64,000 bases of DNA from Nitrospirota bacterium (GTDB lineage Bacteria > Nitrospirota > Thermodesulfovibrionia > Thermodesulfovibrionales > Dissulfurispiraceae): assembly GCA_963710375.1 (NCBI GenBank), contig CAVPZX010000009.1, forward strand, positions 1 through 64,000. The letters run 5' to 3'. A program made the translations under genes and the position numbers. The notes under the pieces are model-generated. The model was not told where the DNA came from. It ran no database searches and saw only the letters and a program-made list of their open reading frames with translations. Positions 1 through 9,759 of the stretch are shown here, one piece after another (position 1 is the stretch's first letter; each line of letters starts with the position of its first letter).

Positions 1-958
1 CATGCGGCATAAGAAAGACACGCCTCTCGTTCGGCAGCCGGGTCCTCCCAAAGTCAGGCCGCCGGATATGGACAAACTGAAGCGGGATATTGATCAGTTG
101 TCTCATGGTTATAATCGCACACAGGGCACGGGGGCATTATATGCTCGTTACGCATCAGGCGTCTCAAGAAGGGAGTTGCAAAGAATGGTACCGATGGCGA
201 GGCATGATCTCAATATGTTGCACCGACAGAATCTGAGGCGCATTCACTGGAACGTGCCGAACGTTGCGTGGTCTATGGACCCCTGCGAATACGCACAGCG
301 TGACGAAACCGGCGCAAAGATGTACCTGAACCAGATGCAGGACATGGCTTCTCGCTACAAGTTCAATCCCATGACAGGAGACATCCCCTGCGGCGAAGAA
401 ATATCCGGCTATCTTACTGCAACCTTCAACCGTTTCGGCTCGCCACTGTTTCTCAAGCGGGACAATGGCGGTAACCTCAATCATTCGGCGGTCAATGACG
501 TGCTTGCTGATTACTTCGTCATGCCGGTGAACAGTCCGGTTCATTATCCGCCTTACAATGGCGCTATCGAAGAAGCGCAAACCGAGCTGAAAAACGGGCT
601 TGCTTCGAAGCTCGCTTATAAACCCTCTTGTCCGCGTGAACACCTGGAGGCATATGCCTCGACAGTTGAGCATGATCTTAATCACCGGCCTCGTCCATGC
701 TTGAGTGGTAAGAATGCTTGCCAGGTGTACTTCACCGGCAAAAGAACGTTTTCCAAATGGGAAAGGAGGGATGCCTATGACTGGATAACGAACTTGCAAA
801 ATGATATATTATGCAGTGAGGGAGTTCAGCCGCAAGCGGCCTGGCGCATCGCCGTGGAGTCCTGGCTGAACATGAAAGGCTTTATAACCATTACCCGAAA
901 CGGAAAAGTGTTACCCAGTTTTTTCTGATTTCGGTATCATAAACTCATGGCGTGCACA
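1..958 (+). mobile_element. Right part of an IS element; putative right end ...ATGGCGTGCACA at 958
   Basis: Transposase ORF followed within 30 bp by a terminus ending in CACA, then a shift to AT-rich DNA. The left end is outside the window, so the inverted repeat cannot be confirmed. Confidence 0.5.
2..928 (+). CDS. DDE transposase, integrase-core (rve) domain; probably 5'-truncated by the window edge
   Basis: Integrase-like motifs WSMD...QDMASRY...LKRDNGGNL...PPYNGAIEE...NHRPRPCL. Confidence 0.8.
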   Translation: MRHKKDTPLVRQPGPPKVRPPDMDKLKRDIDQLSHGYNRTQGTGALYARYASGVSRRELQRMVPMARHDLNMLHRQNLRRIHWNVPNVAWSMDPCEYAQRDETGAKMYLNQMQDMASRYKFNPMTGDIPCGEEISGYLTATFNRFGSPLFLKRDNGGNLNHSAVNDVLADYFVMPVNSPVHYPPYNGAIEEAQTELKNGLASKLAYKPSCPREHLEAYASTVEHDLNHRPRPCLSGKNACQVYFTGKRTFSKWERRDAYDWITNLQNDILCSEGVQPQAAWRIAVESWLNMKGFITITRNGKVLPSFF

Positions 959-1003
959 GTCATTTATAAAAACCTCATTCCTTTCCAAGAGCGGAGACAA
1001 AAA

Positions 1004-1510
1004 ATGAGATTGAAACGCATGCTGCCAATTTATTATCAGGACAATGAAGTTGACTGTGGACCTACCTGTATCAAAATGGTAACTGACTATTATTGGAAAC
1101 CTAAAGGCAAAAGCGTGACTGAAGAATATTTTAAGAAAATAAAAAAATCAGCTAAGAAAGATAAAGGGTCAACGGGCAAATCGGACATGATGGACACAAT
1201 CAGAAAAATTGTGAAACTTAAATACAAGGAACTTGAAGGCGACGAAAAGGATAAAATACGTCAAATTAAAGAGGCCATTAAGAATCACCGACCAGTCATA
1301 TTATATTGTATAGTTCAAGGAAAATATGCTCACTGGGTTGTTGCTAAAGGTATAGATGACGAATATCTCGAAGTAAATGATCCTTATAAAGGAAGGCCTT
1401 CCCAAGTAGAACTAAAATATTTCTTAAAAAAACATAATAAATCAAGAAAATATGGGCAGTGCCTGAGTTGGTCACCAAAACAATGGGGAATTGCAGTTTA
1501 CGAACCTTAA
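1004..1510 (+). CDS. Stand-alone C39-like cysteine peptidase
   Basis: YQDNEVDCGPTC (Q...C), HWVV (catalytic His), VNDP (Asp); GGAG upstream of ATG 1004. Confidence 0.75.
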   Translation: MRLKRMLPIYYQDNEVDCGPTCIKMVTDYYWKPKGKSVTEEYFKKIKKSAKKDKGSTGKSDMMDTIRKIVKLKYKELEGDEKDKIRQIKEAIKNHRPVILYCIVQGKYAHWVVAKGIDDEYLEVNDPYKGRPSQVELKYFLKKHNKSRKYGQCLSWSPKQWGIAVYEP

Positions 1511-1799
1511 TAAGGTAAAATGGGGGGAAAGGCAAAATAGCACAGATTAAACTGTAATAAATAAGACTTGACCTATCAGTCATTGTTAGATCGAGTGTGA
1601 GTTTACGACTGTACACCGCGTAGTTTTTACCTGTATGGAAATTTTCTTTTCCTTCCTGAAGTCCCCACTGCCTGGGCAAGGATTAAGAGTGAATGTTTCT
1701 TTTGGTATTTGTGAGCAGACTGAATTTATAAGAGGATGCAATCCGGTTTCTGTTTATCAACATATCATCCAGATATTCATGATTATGATAATATTAATT

Positions 1800-2621
1800 A
1801 TGAACAATGGCATTGACCAAAGTGGAGATCGCAACTTACCTGGAAGTGCGAAGGTCGCAAAGATATCACGTGGCGCTTTACAAACTGTCGCCGGTGTCGT
1901 TCCTTTTGCTGGCGGGATTTTGTCCGCGATAGCTGGGGCTTGGTCTGAAGGGGAGCAGGATAGAGTCAATCATTTTTTTCAGCACTGGGTGCGAATGCTC
2001 CAAGATGAATTAAAGGAAAAAGAGCAAACAATAATTGAAATTATGGCGCGCCTCGACCTTCAAGACGAAGCTATCGCTGCACGAGTTGAGAGCAAAGAAT
2101 ATCAATCATTAGTAAAAAAGACTTTCCGAGAGTGGTCTGGCGCGGAGAGTGAAGAAAAACGGAAGTATATACGAAATATCCTTTCAAATGCTGCAGCAAC
2201 GCAAGTATCCAGCGATGACGTAATTCGCTTATATATCGATTGGATCAACCAATATTCGGAGATGCACTTTCAGGTTATTGGCGCGATTTACAACACCGGC
2301 GGAATTACTCGGGGGGCAATCTGGACAAAGATTGGCAGGGAGCCTGTTCGTGAGGATTCAGCAGATGCTGACCTTTACAAACTTCTATTTAGAGATCTCA
2401 GCACGGGCGGCATTATTCGCCAACATCGTGAAACTGATCGTCTGGGTAACTTTGTGGCAAAAACACCGCAACACAGCCCCAAAGGTAGCGGTCCCAAACC
2501 ACTTGTGTCTGCTTTTGACGTGCAAGAGGGCTACGAATTAACGGCTCTAGGCCAGCAGTTTGTCCACTATGCAATGACAGATTTGCCTTTAAAAATTGAA
2601 TTTGCAAGTGACACAGAATAG
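1800..2621 (+). CDS. Hypothetical protein with Abi-alpha/DUF4393-like architecture
   Basis: N-terminal Gly/Ala-rich VPFAGGILS helix, helical middle, C-terminal YELTALGQQF wHTH-like motif; family assignment is by resemblance only. Confidence 0.5.
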   Translation: MNNGIDQSGDRNLPGSAKVAKISRGALQTVAGVVPFAGGILSAIAGAWSEGEQDRVNHFFQHWVRMLQDELKEKEQTIIEIMARLDLQDEAIAARVESKEYQSLVKKTFREWSGAESEEKRKYIRNILSNAAATQVSSDDVIRLYIDWINQYSEMHFQVIGAIYNTGGITRGAIWTKIGREPVREDSADADLYKLLFRDLSTGGIIRQHRETDRLGNFVAKTPQHSPKGSGPKPLVSAFDVQEGYELTALGQQFVHYAMTDLPLKIEFASDTE

Positions 2622-2777
2622 CCCTAAATTAACCGTCTTTGAAGGCTTATATCACATCACTGGAGGAATCATATGAAACTCCCATACGAAAAGCTATCTA
2701 ATAACTGCTTAGTAGTCCGTTTTTTGGAATCTGAATGACTGCATCGTCCTTGAAATATTGAGCTGAAGAATGGAGAA

Positions 2778-4067
2778 GTGTTTATGAGTATACGGCTAAA
2801 CATATTCGACCAGTACAAAGAGACGGAAAACCGCCTCACTTATGCCCTGGCGGTTACCCTGGACCGTTCTAAGGGCTTTATGAACAATTTTCTGAAAGAG
2901 GTTGCCGAAACTAACCGGCTGCATGGCCGCCCAAGTGTATCGGCACAATTCGGCGGCGGTCAGACCGACAATGATGGGCGAAGATATGGAATACCGGATT
3001 TAGCCCTGATTGACGAAGAAGAAAAGAACGCCATTATCATTGAAGCCAAGCTTGGGGCATCCCTCGATTGCCAGCAACTGAAGTCCCATGAGAATCAGGC
3101 TCACAGAAAGGGGTTGCGGGTAGTGGCGGCTATAGTAATTACTGGCAGAGATCTCGATCAGGCGTCTTTGAATGAATGGATTAGCCATGAAAAACTTAAG
3201 CAAACATGGAAACATGTAACTTGGCAGCAGATATATCGGTTTGCATGTCAGCTTGCGCCCACCGACCAATGGGCTGACGAGCTACGCGATTTCATGGAAA
3301 TCATGGCAGAAAAATTGGATGAAGAAGAAATGGAGGCTGATGTGAAAATCATCGATTTCGCAGGCATATCAGAAGACACGAGAACAAACTACTCTCAGAA
3401 GACCGCCAAAAGAGAATTACGGTCACTAATGGACGAGTTGCGAGCGGATAAACAGTTTTTAAAAGATATCGGCATTCCGGATGATCAACCACCCCGGAAA
3501 CGCAAGGCTATAAAGGGAGTGTGGGATATTATTTCTCCAATGGGGAACGATGATAATTTTACAAAAAGTCACCATTTCACCGTTGGAATTAACCCGAATC
3601 GTATTGATGCTTTTCTTTCGATACCCAATGCATCGTTTGCCAAGTTTAAAAAATTTGTTGGTAAGACTTGCCCCGAAGAATTTGCTGCGTTGATCGACGG
3701 TGTGACAAAGAATCTGAAAAAGAGCGGCGTAATTAAAGCAGGAGGCAGACCGACTATCGTTCTTATCCAGCGTCGCTATCGCAATAGGAAGTTACATGCA
3801 ATGGATGGCAAGATGGAATTTGATTTACGCACCTGGACAGGGGGCAATCAACGCAAGGACGAACCAGGAATAAAAAAGCAGGTCGAATGGATGGAATTCA
3901 GCCATAAACTCATAGTTGGGCACAGTTCAAATATTCAGTTTCAAGTAGGTGCGGTGTTTCCATTCAAAACTTGCGATGCCCTTCGAAGCAAAAAAGCACT
4001 TGACCTAATCAAGGCCACATTCCAGGCTGTAATGCCGCTGTTGCGGGAGACCGGTCTCAGCGCCTGA
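2778..4067 (+). CDS. PD-(D/E)XK nuclease superfamily protein
   Basis: ENRLT...GIPDLAL...IIIEAKL...QQL motif order; unrecognised C-terminal half. Confidence 0.7.
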   Translation: MFMSIRLNIFDQYKETENRLTYALAVTLDRSKGFMNNFLKEVAETNRLHGRPSVSAQFGGGQTDNDGRRYGIPDLALIDEEEKNAIIIEAKLGASLDCQQLKSHENQAHRKGLRVVAAIVITGRDLDQASLNEWISHEKLKQTWKHVTWQQIYRFACQLAPTDQWADELRDFMEIMAEKLDEEEMEADVKIIDFAGISEDTRTNYSQKTAKRELRSLMDELRADKQFLKDIGIPDDQPPRKRKAIKGVWDIISPMGNDDNFTKSHHFTVGINPNRIDAFLSIPNASFAKFKKFVGKTCPEEFAALIDGVTKNLKKSGVIKAGGRPTIVLIQRRYRNRKLHAMDGKMEFDLRTWTGGNQRKDEPGIKKQVEWMEFSHKLIVGHSSNIQFQVGAVFPFKTCDALRSKKALDLIKATFQAVMPLLRETGLSA

Positions 4068-4144
4068 AGATTTCTTTCGTAACTCTGCTATAGTTGCGAT
4101 TCGACGTACCTCAACGTAGTCGGGGAATTATTTAGTTAGAGCTG

Positions 4145-4307
4145 TGTTGATCGGCATTGCCATTTGACCCACTTTTAGGCTAAATCGGCATCCAACTTTG
4201 ACCCGTCATCTTACGTTGCATCTTATTGTTATAAAATCTTTTAGCATATGCGTGAGCGGGTCAATTTTGGACGCCGATGGTGGGTCAATTTTCGACGCCG
4301 ATTAACA
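4145..4307. mobile_element. Non-autonomous IS21-family mini-element (both ends, no istAB)
   Basis: Starts TGTTGATCGGCA and ends GCCGATTAACA; each end has two tandem ATCGGCRT-N-TTGACCC repeats in inverted orientation. Confidence 0.75.
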
Positions 4308-4362
4308 AACCTACCTAGGAGAGCAATATTGAGAGTTGAAATGACTTTTTTTCAGTAAGTGA

Positions 4363-4402
4363 CTCCAGATAGCCGTTAATATTATTTAACGGCTATCTGG
4401 AG
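4363..4402. terminator. Perfect 17-bp-stem hairpin downstream of tRNA-Val
   Basis: CTCCAGATAGCCGTTAA-N6-TTAACGGCTATCTGGAG. Confidence 0.6.
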
Positions 4403-4486
4403 GAATATTGAAAGTGCACCATTTGTGCACCATATTTCGGGCGTTTCCAAAAATGGAAGTATTTGATAAACAACGAGGAAAAAAAA

Positions 4487-4558
<72 letters not shown>

Positions 4559-4618
4559 AAACTCTTTGAATAATAACCTGATTTCATGCTGCCCGTCAAG
4601 CATAATTTACCGACTGTA

Positions 4619-5050
4619 CTAAGCATCCATCCTGAGCGCCTTTGCTTTTACCTTCTCGTTGAATTTCGACGCGATGATTATGAACCTTTCGTGGGTGCCT
4701 TCGGATATTTTATCGACGCCGTCGTCGGCGATGATTGAGAAAGTGAGTTTCCGTCCTTCTATCCTCTCCAGTTTCACTCTGACAGTTACGGTCAACCCCG
4801 GCGGTGTAGTTGCCTCATGAGTCAAATTGAATGCCGTACCCACAGTTTGTTCGACAGGCCAGTCTATATGAGAGTTGATTGCCTGAATGCAGGCCCATTC
4901 GAACAGGCCCACCATAAATCCGGAAGCCAGGACCTTGGGCATAATGCTGAACTCGGGCGATTCCGGATAAAGATACGGCACAGTCTTGTTCTCCTCTATC
5001 TTAAAACTGAATTCATAAGACAACCCCGGCTTTAATGAAGTGTTCGTCAT
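4619..5050 (-). CDS. Hot-dog fold thioesterase, FlK (fluoroacetyl-CoA thioesterase)-like
   Basis: VLASGFMVGLFEWAC...TVGT...HEATTPPG...GTHERFII; GGAGG RBS before 5050. Confidence 0.85.
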   Translation of the reverse strand: MTNTSLKPGLSYEFSFKIEENKTVPYLYPESPEFSIMPKVLASGFMVGLFEWACIQAINSHIDWPVEQTVGTAFNLTHEATTPPGLTVTVRVKLERIEGRKLTFSIIADDGVDKISEGTHERFIIIASKFNEKVKAKALRMDA

Positions 5051-5174
5051 TACGTCCTCCTCGCTTGTTTTATGTCTATAAATTATGACGAGCAACGGCT
5101 TATCAGTCAAATTAATTATTTATGAAAATATCATTAGCTATGTTAATATACAAAAAAATCGGAAGGAGACAGTT

Positions 5175-6066
5175 ATGGAGTGGCAACAGGTTATAGGTTT
5201 CTATCACGTTGCAAAACTCCATAGTTTTACGCGAGCTGCCGAAGCAACATACAGGACCCAATCAGCGTTGACCCAGCAAATCAAGTCTCTTGAGGAGGAG
5301 TTAGACTGCAGCCTGTTCGAAAGGATCGGCAAACGAAAGATTAATCTGACTCCTCTCGGGGAAAGATTCTTCAGGTTTTCCGAAACACTTCTGCAGGAGT
5401 ATGATGGGCTTATTGGGGACATGGAAGAACACAAGGGCCTCAATAAAGGGCGCTTGAAAGTGGCCGCGCCGTTTACTACTCTATATCACCTTCTTCCGAA
5501 TGTTATAAGAGAGTATAATCGTAAATTCCCCTGGGTGGAACTCTCTCTGTTAGACCGCTCGCAGAGGGAAGTGGTCGAATTGGTCAAAGGCGGAGATGTC
5601 GATCTAGGGCTGGCCCTCGAAAATATCATACCCCCTGAGTCTGAATAAGCGTCGTTGGAAAACAGTTGAGCCTGTTCTGCTGACGTCCAGGGGACACCCC
5701 TTGACAAGGGAGAAGAAGGTATCCCTGGAGGATATCGCCCAATACCCGCTAATCTTACCGCCGAAAAGCGGCGACTTTACGCACCGCGGTAGACTAGAGG
5801 AAATATTTCGCGAACACAATCTCAGCTATTTTGTGATCATGGAGTCCTCGAACGTTGAACTAAGTTCTCTCTATGTTGAAATGGGACTCGGTGTCTCCTT
5901 CGCGTCTATCGTAAGGGAATTGCCGGTTTTCAAAAAGAGGAAGATAGAGTTTGTTTTATTGGACCATTACCTAAGGGCCGAGCATATATGCGTGTTAACG
6001 AGACGAGACAAAAAGTCGGACTCTTTTCAGGACGCATTCTTAAGTATATTATTTAGTATAAAATAA
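5175..6066 (+). CDS. LysR-family regulator, split by a +1 frameshift near 5640
   Basis: HTH SFTRAAEATYRTQSALTQQIKSLEEEL; substrate-binding domain continues in ORF 5701-6066. Confidence 0.85.
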
Positions 6067-6083
6067 AGGGATTTGGGGATACT

Positions 6084-8306
6084 ATGTACACTGAAATTCA
6101 AGGGACAATAAAACCTTCCGCGCAGTCTTTCCGGTTTGCTGAACCGGCCGCCCGCGTCCGATATAGTTTCATATTATTATTCGCCATTCTGTCGGCAGGC
6201 ATCATAGCCGTTGGTTACCTCTGTTACCGTGGACCTGAAGTGTATGCGCCCGTGAGCGGGCAATTGAGGCTCGTATTGTGGTTGGTGTTGTCCTTGCTCT
6301 TTGTCGCCGGCGCCGGATTGGCCTATGTCTGGAGGCAGCAGAGCATTGGGCTCCGCCAGGAGCAGTATAGGGCGTCGGAGGCATTGGCAAACAGTGAGAT
6401 ACTTTTGAATTCAATTGTTCAAACCGCCTCGGACGGAATTATATCGGCCAACTCCCAGGAGAAGATCGTTTTATGGAACAAAGGTGCTGAACAAATCTTT
6501 GGTTATTCAGCTGATGAAGTTTCTGGTAAAGACATGTCATTTATTGTGCCTCAGAGATACTTGGCCGCTCATCAACAAGCGATCAATGATTTAATGGCAC
6601 CCGGTAACAGCAAAACATTGGAACTGGCTGGATTGAAAAAAGATGGCAGTGAGTTCCCTCTTGAACTTACAGTTGCAAAATGTGAGACAACTGAAGGGGT
6701 CTTTTTTACATGCATACTAAGAGACATCGCAGCAAGCAAACATACCGAAAAAGACCTGAGAGAAAGCGAGGAGCGATTTAGAAACGCTTTTGAGCATGCT
6801 GCGATAGGATTCGCAATTTGTATGCTCCACGGTCGCTTTTTGCGCGTTAATCAGGCCATGTGCAAAATGCTGGGCTATTCGGCAGAAGAACTCATGACCA
6901 GGACATTCCAGGACATCACTTATCAGGATGACCTTGGTTTCAATATGGACCAAATCAACCAATTAATATCAGGGAAATTACCTGTTGTGCACTTCCAAAA
7001 GAGATACATTCACAAGCTGGGCCACGAGGTATGGGCTTCATTAAGTGTATCTGTAGTTCGTGATGATAAAGGGAACCCGTTACACTTGGTCTCTCTTGTG
7101 GAAGATCTTACTGAGAAAAGAAAGCTTGAAGATCAGTTACGCCAGTCCCAGAAAATGGAGGCAATCGGACAGCTTGCCGGCGGCGTGGCACATGATTTCA
7201 ACAATATCCTAACTACCATTATGGGTTATGGAGGTTTTGCCCTGATGAGCATGTCAAAAGACGACCCCCAAAGGAGAAATATCGAACATATGCTTGAGGG
7301 CGCGGAAAGGGCAGCACACCTTACAAGCGACCTGCTTCTTTTCAGCAGAAAACAGATCAGCGAAAAAAAGCTCGTGGACATGAACGAGATCATTAAAAAG
7401 ATGGAAACGTTCCTGACGAAGATAATAGGGGAGGACATCTCATATAAAACCACATTACATCCCGGAGCGATACCGGTCCTGGCCAATGCACACCAGCTGG
7501 AGCAGGTGATGATGAACCTTGCAACAAATGCCAGGGATGCCATGCCAAAGGGGGGTGTTTTCAGTGTGACAACCGGACAGATCAGTCTTGATAAGGAATT
7601 CATAACAGCCGGACAAATCAGGTTTGATAAAGAATTCATAACAGCACATGGATACGGTCAGCCTGGCACGTACGCCTTCATAACAGTTTCCGACACAGGC
7701 AAGGGTATGGATGAAGAGACCCGGCAGAGGATATTTGAGCCCTTCTTTACCACAAAGGAAATGGGGCGAGGTACCGGACTCGGCATGGCAGTAGTCTACG
7801 GCATTGTAAAAGGACATGACGGATACATTAATGTCTATAGCCAGCCCGGGCTTGGCACAACCTTCAGAATATACCTGCCGCTGACAACCACAGATGCGGA
7901 AGTGACACAGGAGTCGATTCAGCCCCTCGCGTTGAGTAAGGGTGAAACAATAATAATAGCCGAAGATGAACCTGAGGTGAGGGAAGTACTCAGAATAAGC
8001 CTTGAAGAATACGGCTACATTGTAATAGAGGCTGAAAACGGAGAGGAGGCGGTAAAACAATACAGGGAAAATATGGAGAAGGTGTCGCTGGTCCTTCTTG
8101 ATATGATAATGCCGCTAAAAAATGGCAGGGAGGCATATGACGAGATAAAGAGTCTCAGGCCCGATATAAAGGTAATATTCATAAGTGGGTACACTGAAGA
8201 TATTATTATGGGAAAGGGGCTGCTTAAATCGGATACAGAGTTGATTCCCAAACCGATCTCACCTGACAGTCTCCTGAGAAAAGTCAGAGAAGTGCTGGAC
8301 AGATAG
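6084..8306 (+). CDS. Membrane hybrid sensor kinase (2 PAS, HisKA, HATPase, receiver)
   Basis: AGGVAHDFNNIL H-box, FEPFFTTK, GTGLG, receiver LLDMIMP. Confidence 0.92.
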   Translation: MYTEIQGTIKPSAQSFRFAEPAARVRYSFILLFAILSAGIIAVGYLCYRGPEVYAPVSGQLRLVLWLVLSLLFVAGAGLAYVWRQQSIGLRQEQYRASEALANSEILLNSIVQTASDGIISANSQEKIVLWNKGAEQIFGYSADEVSGKDMSFIVPQRYLAAHQQAINDLMAPGNSKTLELAGLKKDGSEFPLELTVAKCETTEGVFFTCILRDIAASKHTEKDLRESEERFRNAFEHAAIGFAICMLHGRFLRVNQAMCKMLGYSAEELMTRTFQDITYQDDLGFNMDQINQLISGKLPVVHFQKRYIHKLGHEVWASLSVSVVRDDKGNPLHLVSLVEDLTEKRKLEDQLRQSQKMEAIGQLAGGVAHDFNNILTTIMGYGGFALMSMSKDDPQRRNIEHMLEGAERAAHLTSDLLLFSRKQISEKKLVDMNEIIKKMETFLTKIIGEDISYKTTLHPGAIPVLANAHQLEQVMMNLATNARDAMPKGGVFSVTTGQISLDKEFITAGQIRFDKEFITAHGYGQPGTYAFITVSDTGKGMDEETRQRIFEPFFTTKEMGRGTGLGMAVVYGIVKGHDGYINVYSQPGLGTTFRIYLPLTTTDAEVTQESIQPLALSKGETIIIAEDEPEVREVLRISLEEYGYIVIEAENGEEAVKQYRENMEKVSLVLLDMIMPLKNGREAYDEIKSLRPDIKVIFISGYTEDIIMGKGLLKSDTELIPKPISPDSLLRKVREVLDR

Positions 8307-8318
8307 AAGGCCAGAGAA

Positions 8319-9672
8319 TTATCCAACCGCCATGAGATTTTGGGCAAGGTGACGGGCAAAATCTGCGAGGGTCTCGTCTCTTGCGCCAAGGATTGCATAA
8401 CTGTCCCATTCCGCGGACCGGCTCAATATCGTTCCCCTGCTCTCCACCACCTCAACAGATTTTCCACGTTCGCGTATGCTCACGGCAAGGTCACTGCTCG
8501 ATATGTCCTTGCTAGCCGTCCCGCCGGCATAGTATATCGGCAGCAATATGAGATGGTCACTGCGGCGGAGGTTTCCAGCAAATGCGCCGATATACTCTGA
8601 CTTCATCATCCGTGTCGGTGCAAACCCGTGGGGCTGGAAAATATAGCAGACGCGCTCGCGGACATTCTGCATAGTCCTCATAAAAGATGCTATCTTATGC
8701 GGGTTATGAGCGTAATCGTCAATGACGAGCCGCTTTCCGTCGTTAAGATGTATGTCGAACCGCCTCTCTATGCCGCTGAATTCAATGAGGGCGTCCGCAA
8801 TTTTTTTACGTGAAATACCCATTTCCCCGAGGAGAGCTACGCAGGAAAGCGCATTGTAAAGATTATATTTGCCTGGAATGGAAAGCCTGAACCGTGTTCC
8901 GTTCACGGAAAAGGCGGTGCTAAAAGGTTGCAAATCTATGGCTTCTGCACGGTACCCGGAAGCAGTATCGATCGAGAAACGGACCGTATTCCGCAAGGGA
9001 ACTTTCCCAAGATTAGCATCATCAGAGTTTAAAATGATCATACCAGAGGTATTGCCGCCAAGAATTTCGAACATTTCAGCAGTCTCTTCTACAGAATGGT
9101 GGTCCAGATCGAGATTCAAAATGATGGAATGCTCAGGTTTATAGTTGATTATAGTGCCGTCGGATTCGCAGGCCTCCATTACAAGCAGTTCCGATTCCCC
9201 AGTAATCGCATTACCGGCATTATGCTCTGTTTTGAACTGTTTGACCCTGCCGCCTCCTATGAAGTTAGGCTGCATGCCGAGCCGCTGCATAAGAAAAGCG
9301 AGCATCCCGGCCGTAGTTGATTTTCCGCTTGTCCCTGCTACTGCTACGGTCTTGAATTCGGTCACCATTTTTGCAAGGTATTCAGGCCTTGTTTGTATCG
9401 GGACTCCAATGCGCCTCGCTTTGATCACCTCTGGCTGGTCCGCTTCCACAGCAGTGCTGAAAACAGCCATATCAAAAGAGTCTGTCAAGGCCACTGCCGT
9501 CCTGGGGGACAATAGCGATATTTTTTGATTTCAGGATTTGATATAAAGGATGTGCCGGATTGTCGTCAAAAGACCTGTCGGAGCCGACTACTATGTGACC
9601 TTTGTCAGCCATGAAACTTGCGATCGCTGAAACGCCGCTGCCGCCGATGCCGGAAAAGAATATTTTTGACAC
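8319..9672 (-). CDS. MurC/Mpl-like Mur ligase, frameshift near 9481
   Basis: N-terminal FSGIGGSGVS (9472-9672), then AGTSGKSTT, EACESD, DDYAHNP, FQPH. Confidence 0.85.
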
Positions 9673-9674
9673 GG

Positions 9675-9759
9675 CAATTAAGAATTACGAATTCAGGATT
9701 AAGAATTCAGGATTTTCTTTCACAACCATTCCTAATTCCTAATTCCTAATTCGTAATTG
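9675..9759. repeat. Heptamer-repeat hairpin (AATTAAG/AATTACG versus CCTAATT/CGTAATT)
   Basis: Degenerate 7-mers followed by their inverse; overlaps the alcohol dehydrogenase 3' end. Confidence 0.7.

Noticed and set aside
1580..4140. Integron cassette array suggested by GTTAGAT (1585), ATCTAAT (about 2696) and GTTAGAG (about 4135) around co-oriented orphan genes
   Set aside because: I could not build paired R''/L''/L'/R' attC hairpins, and no intI gene is in the window.
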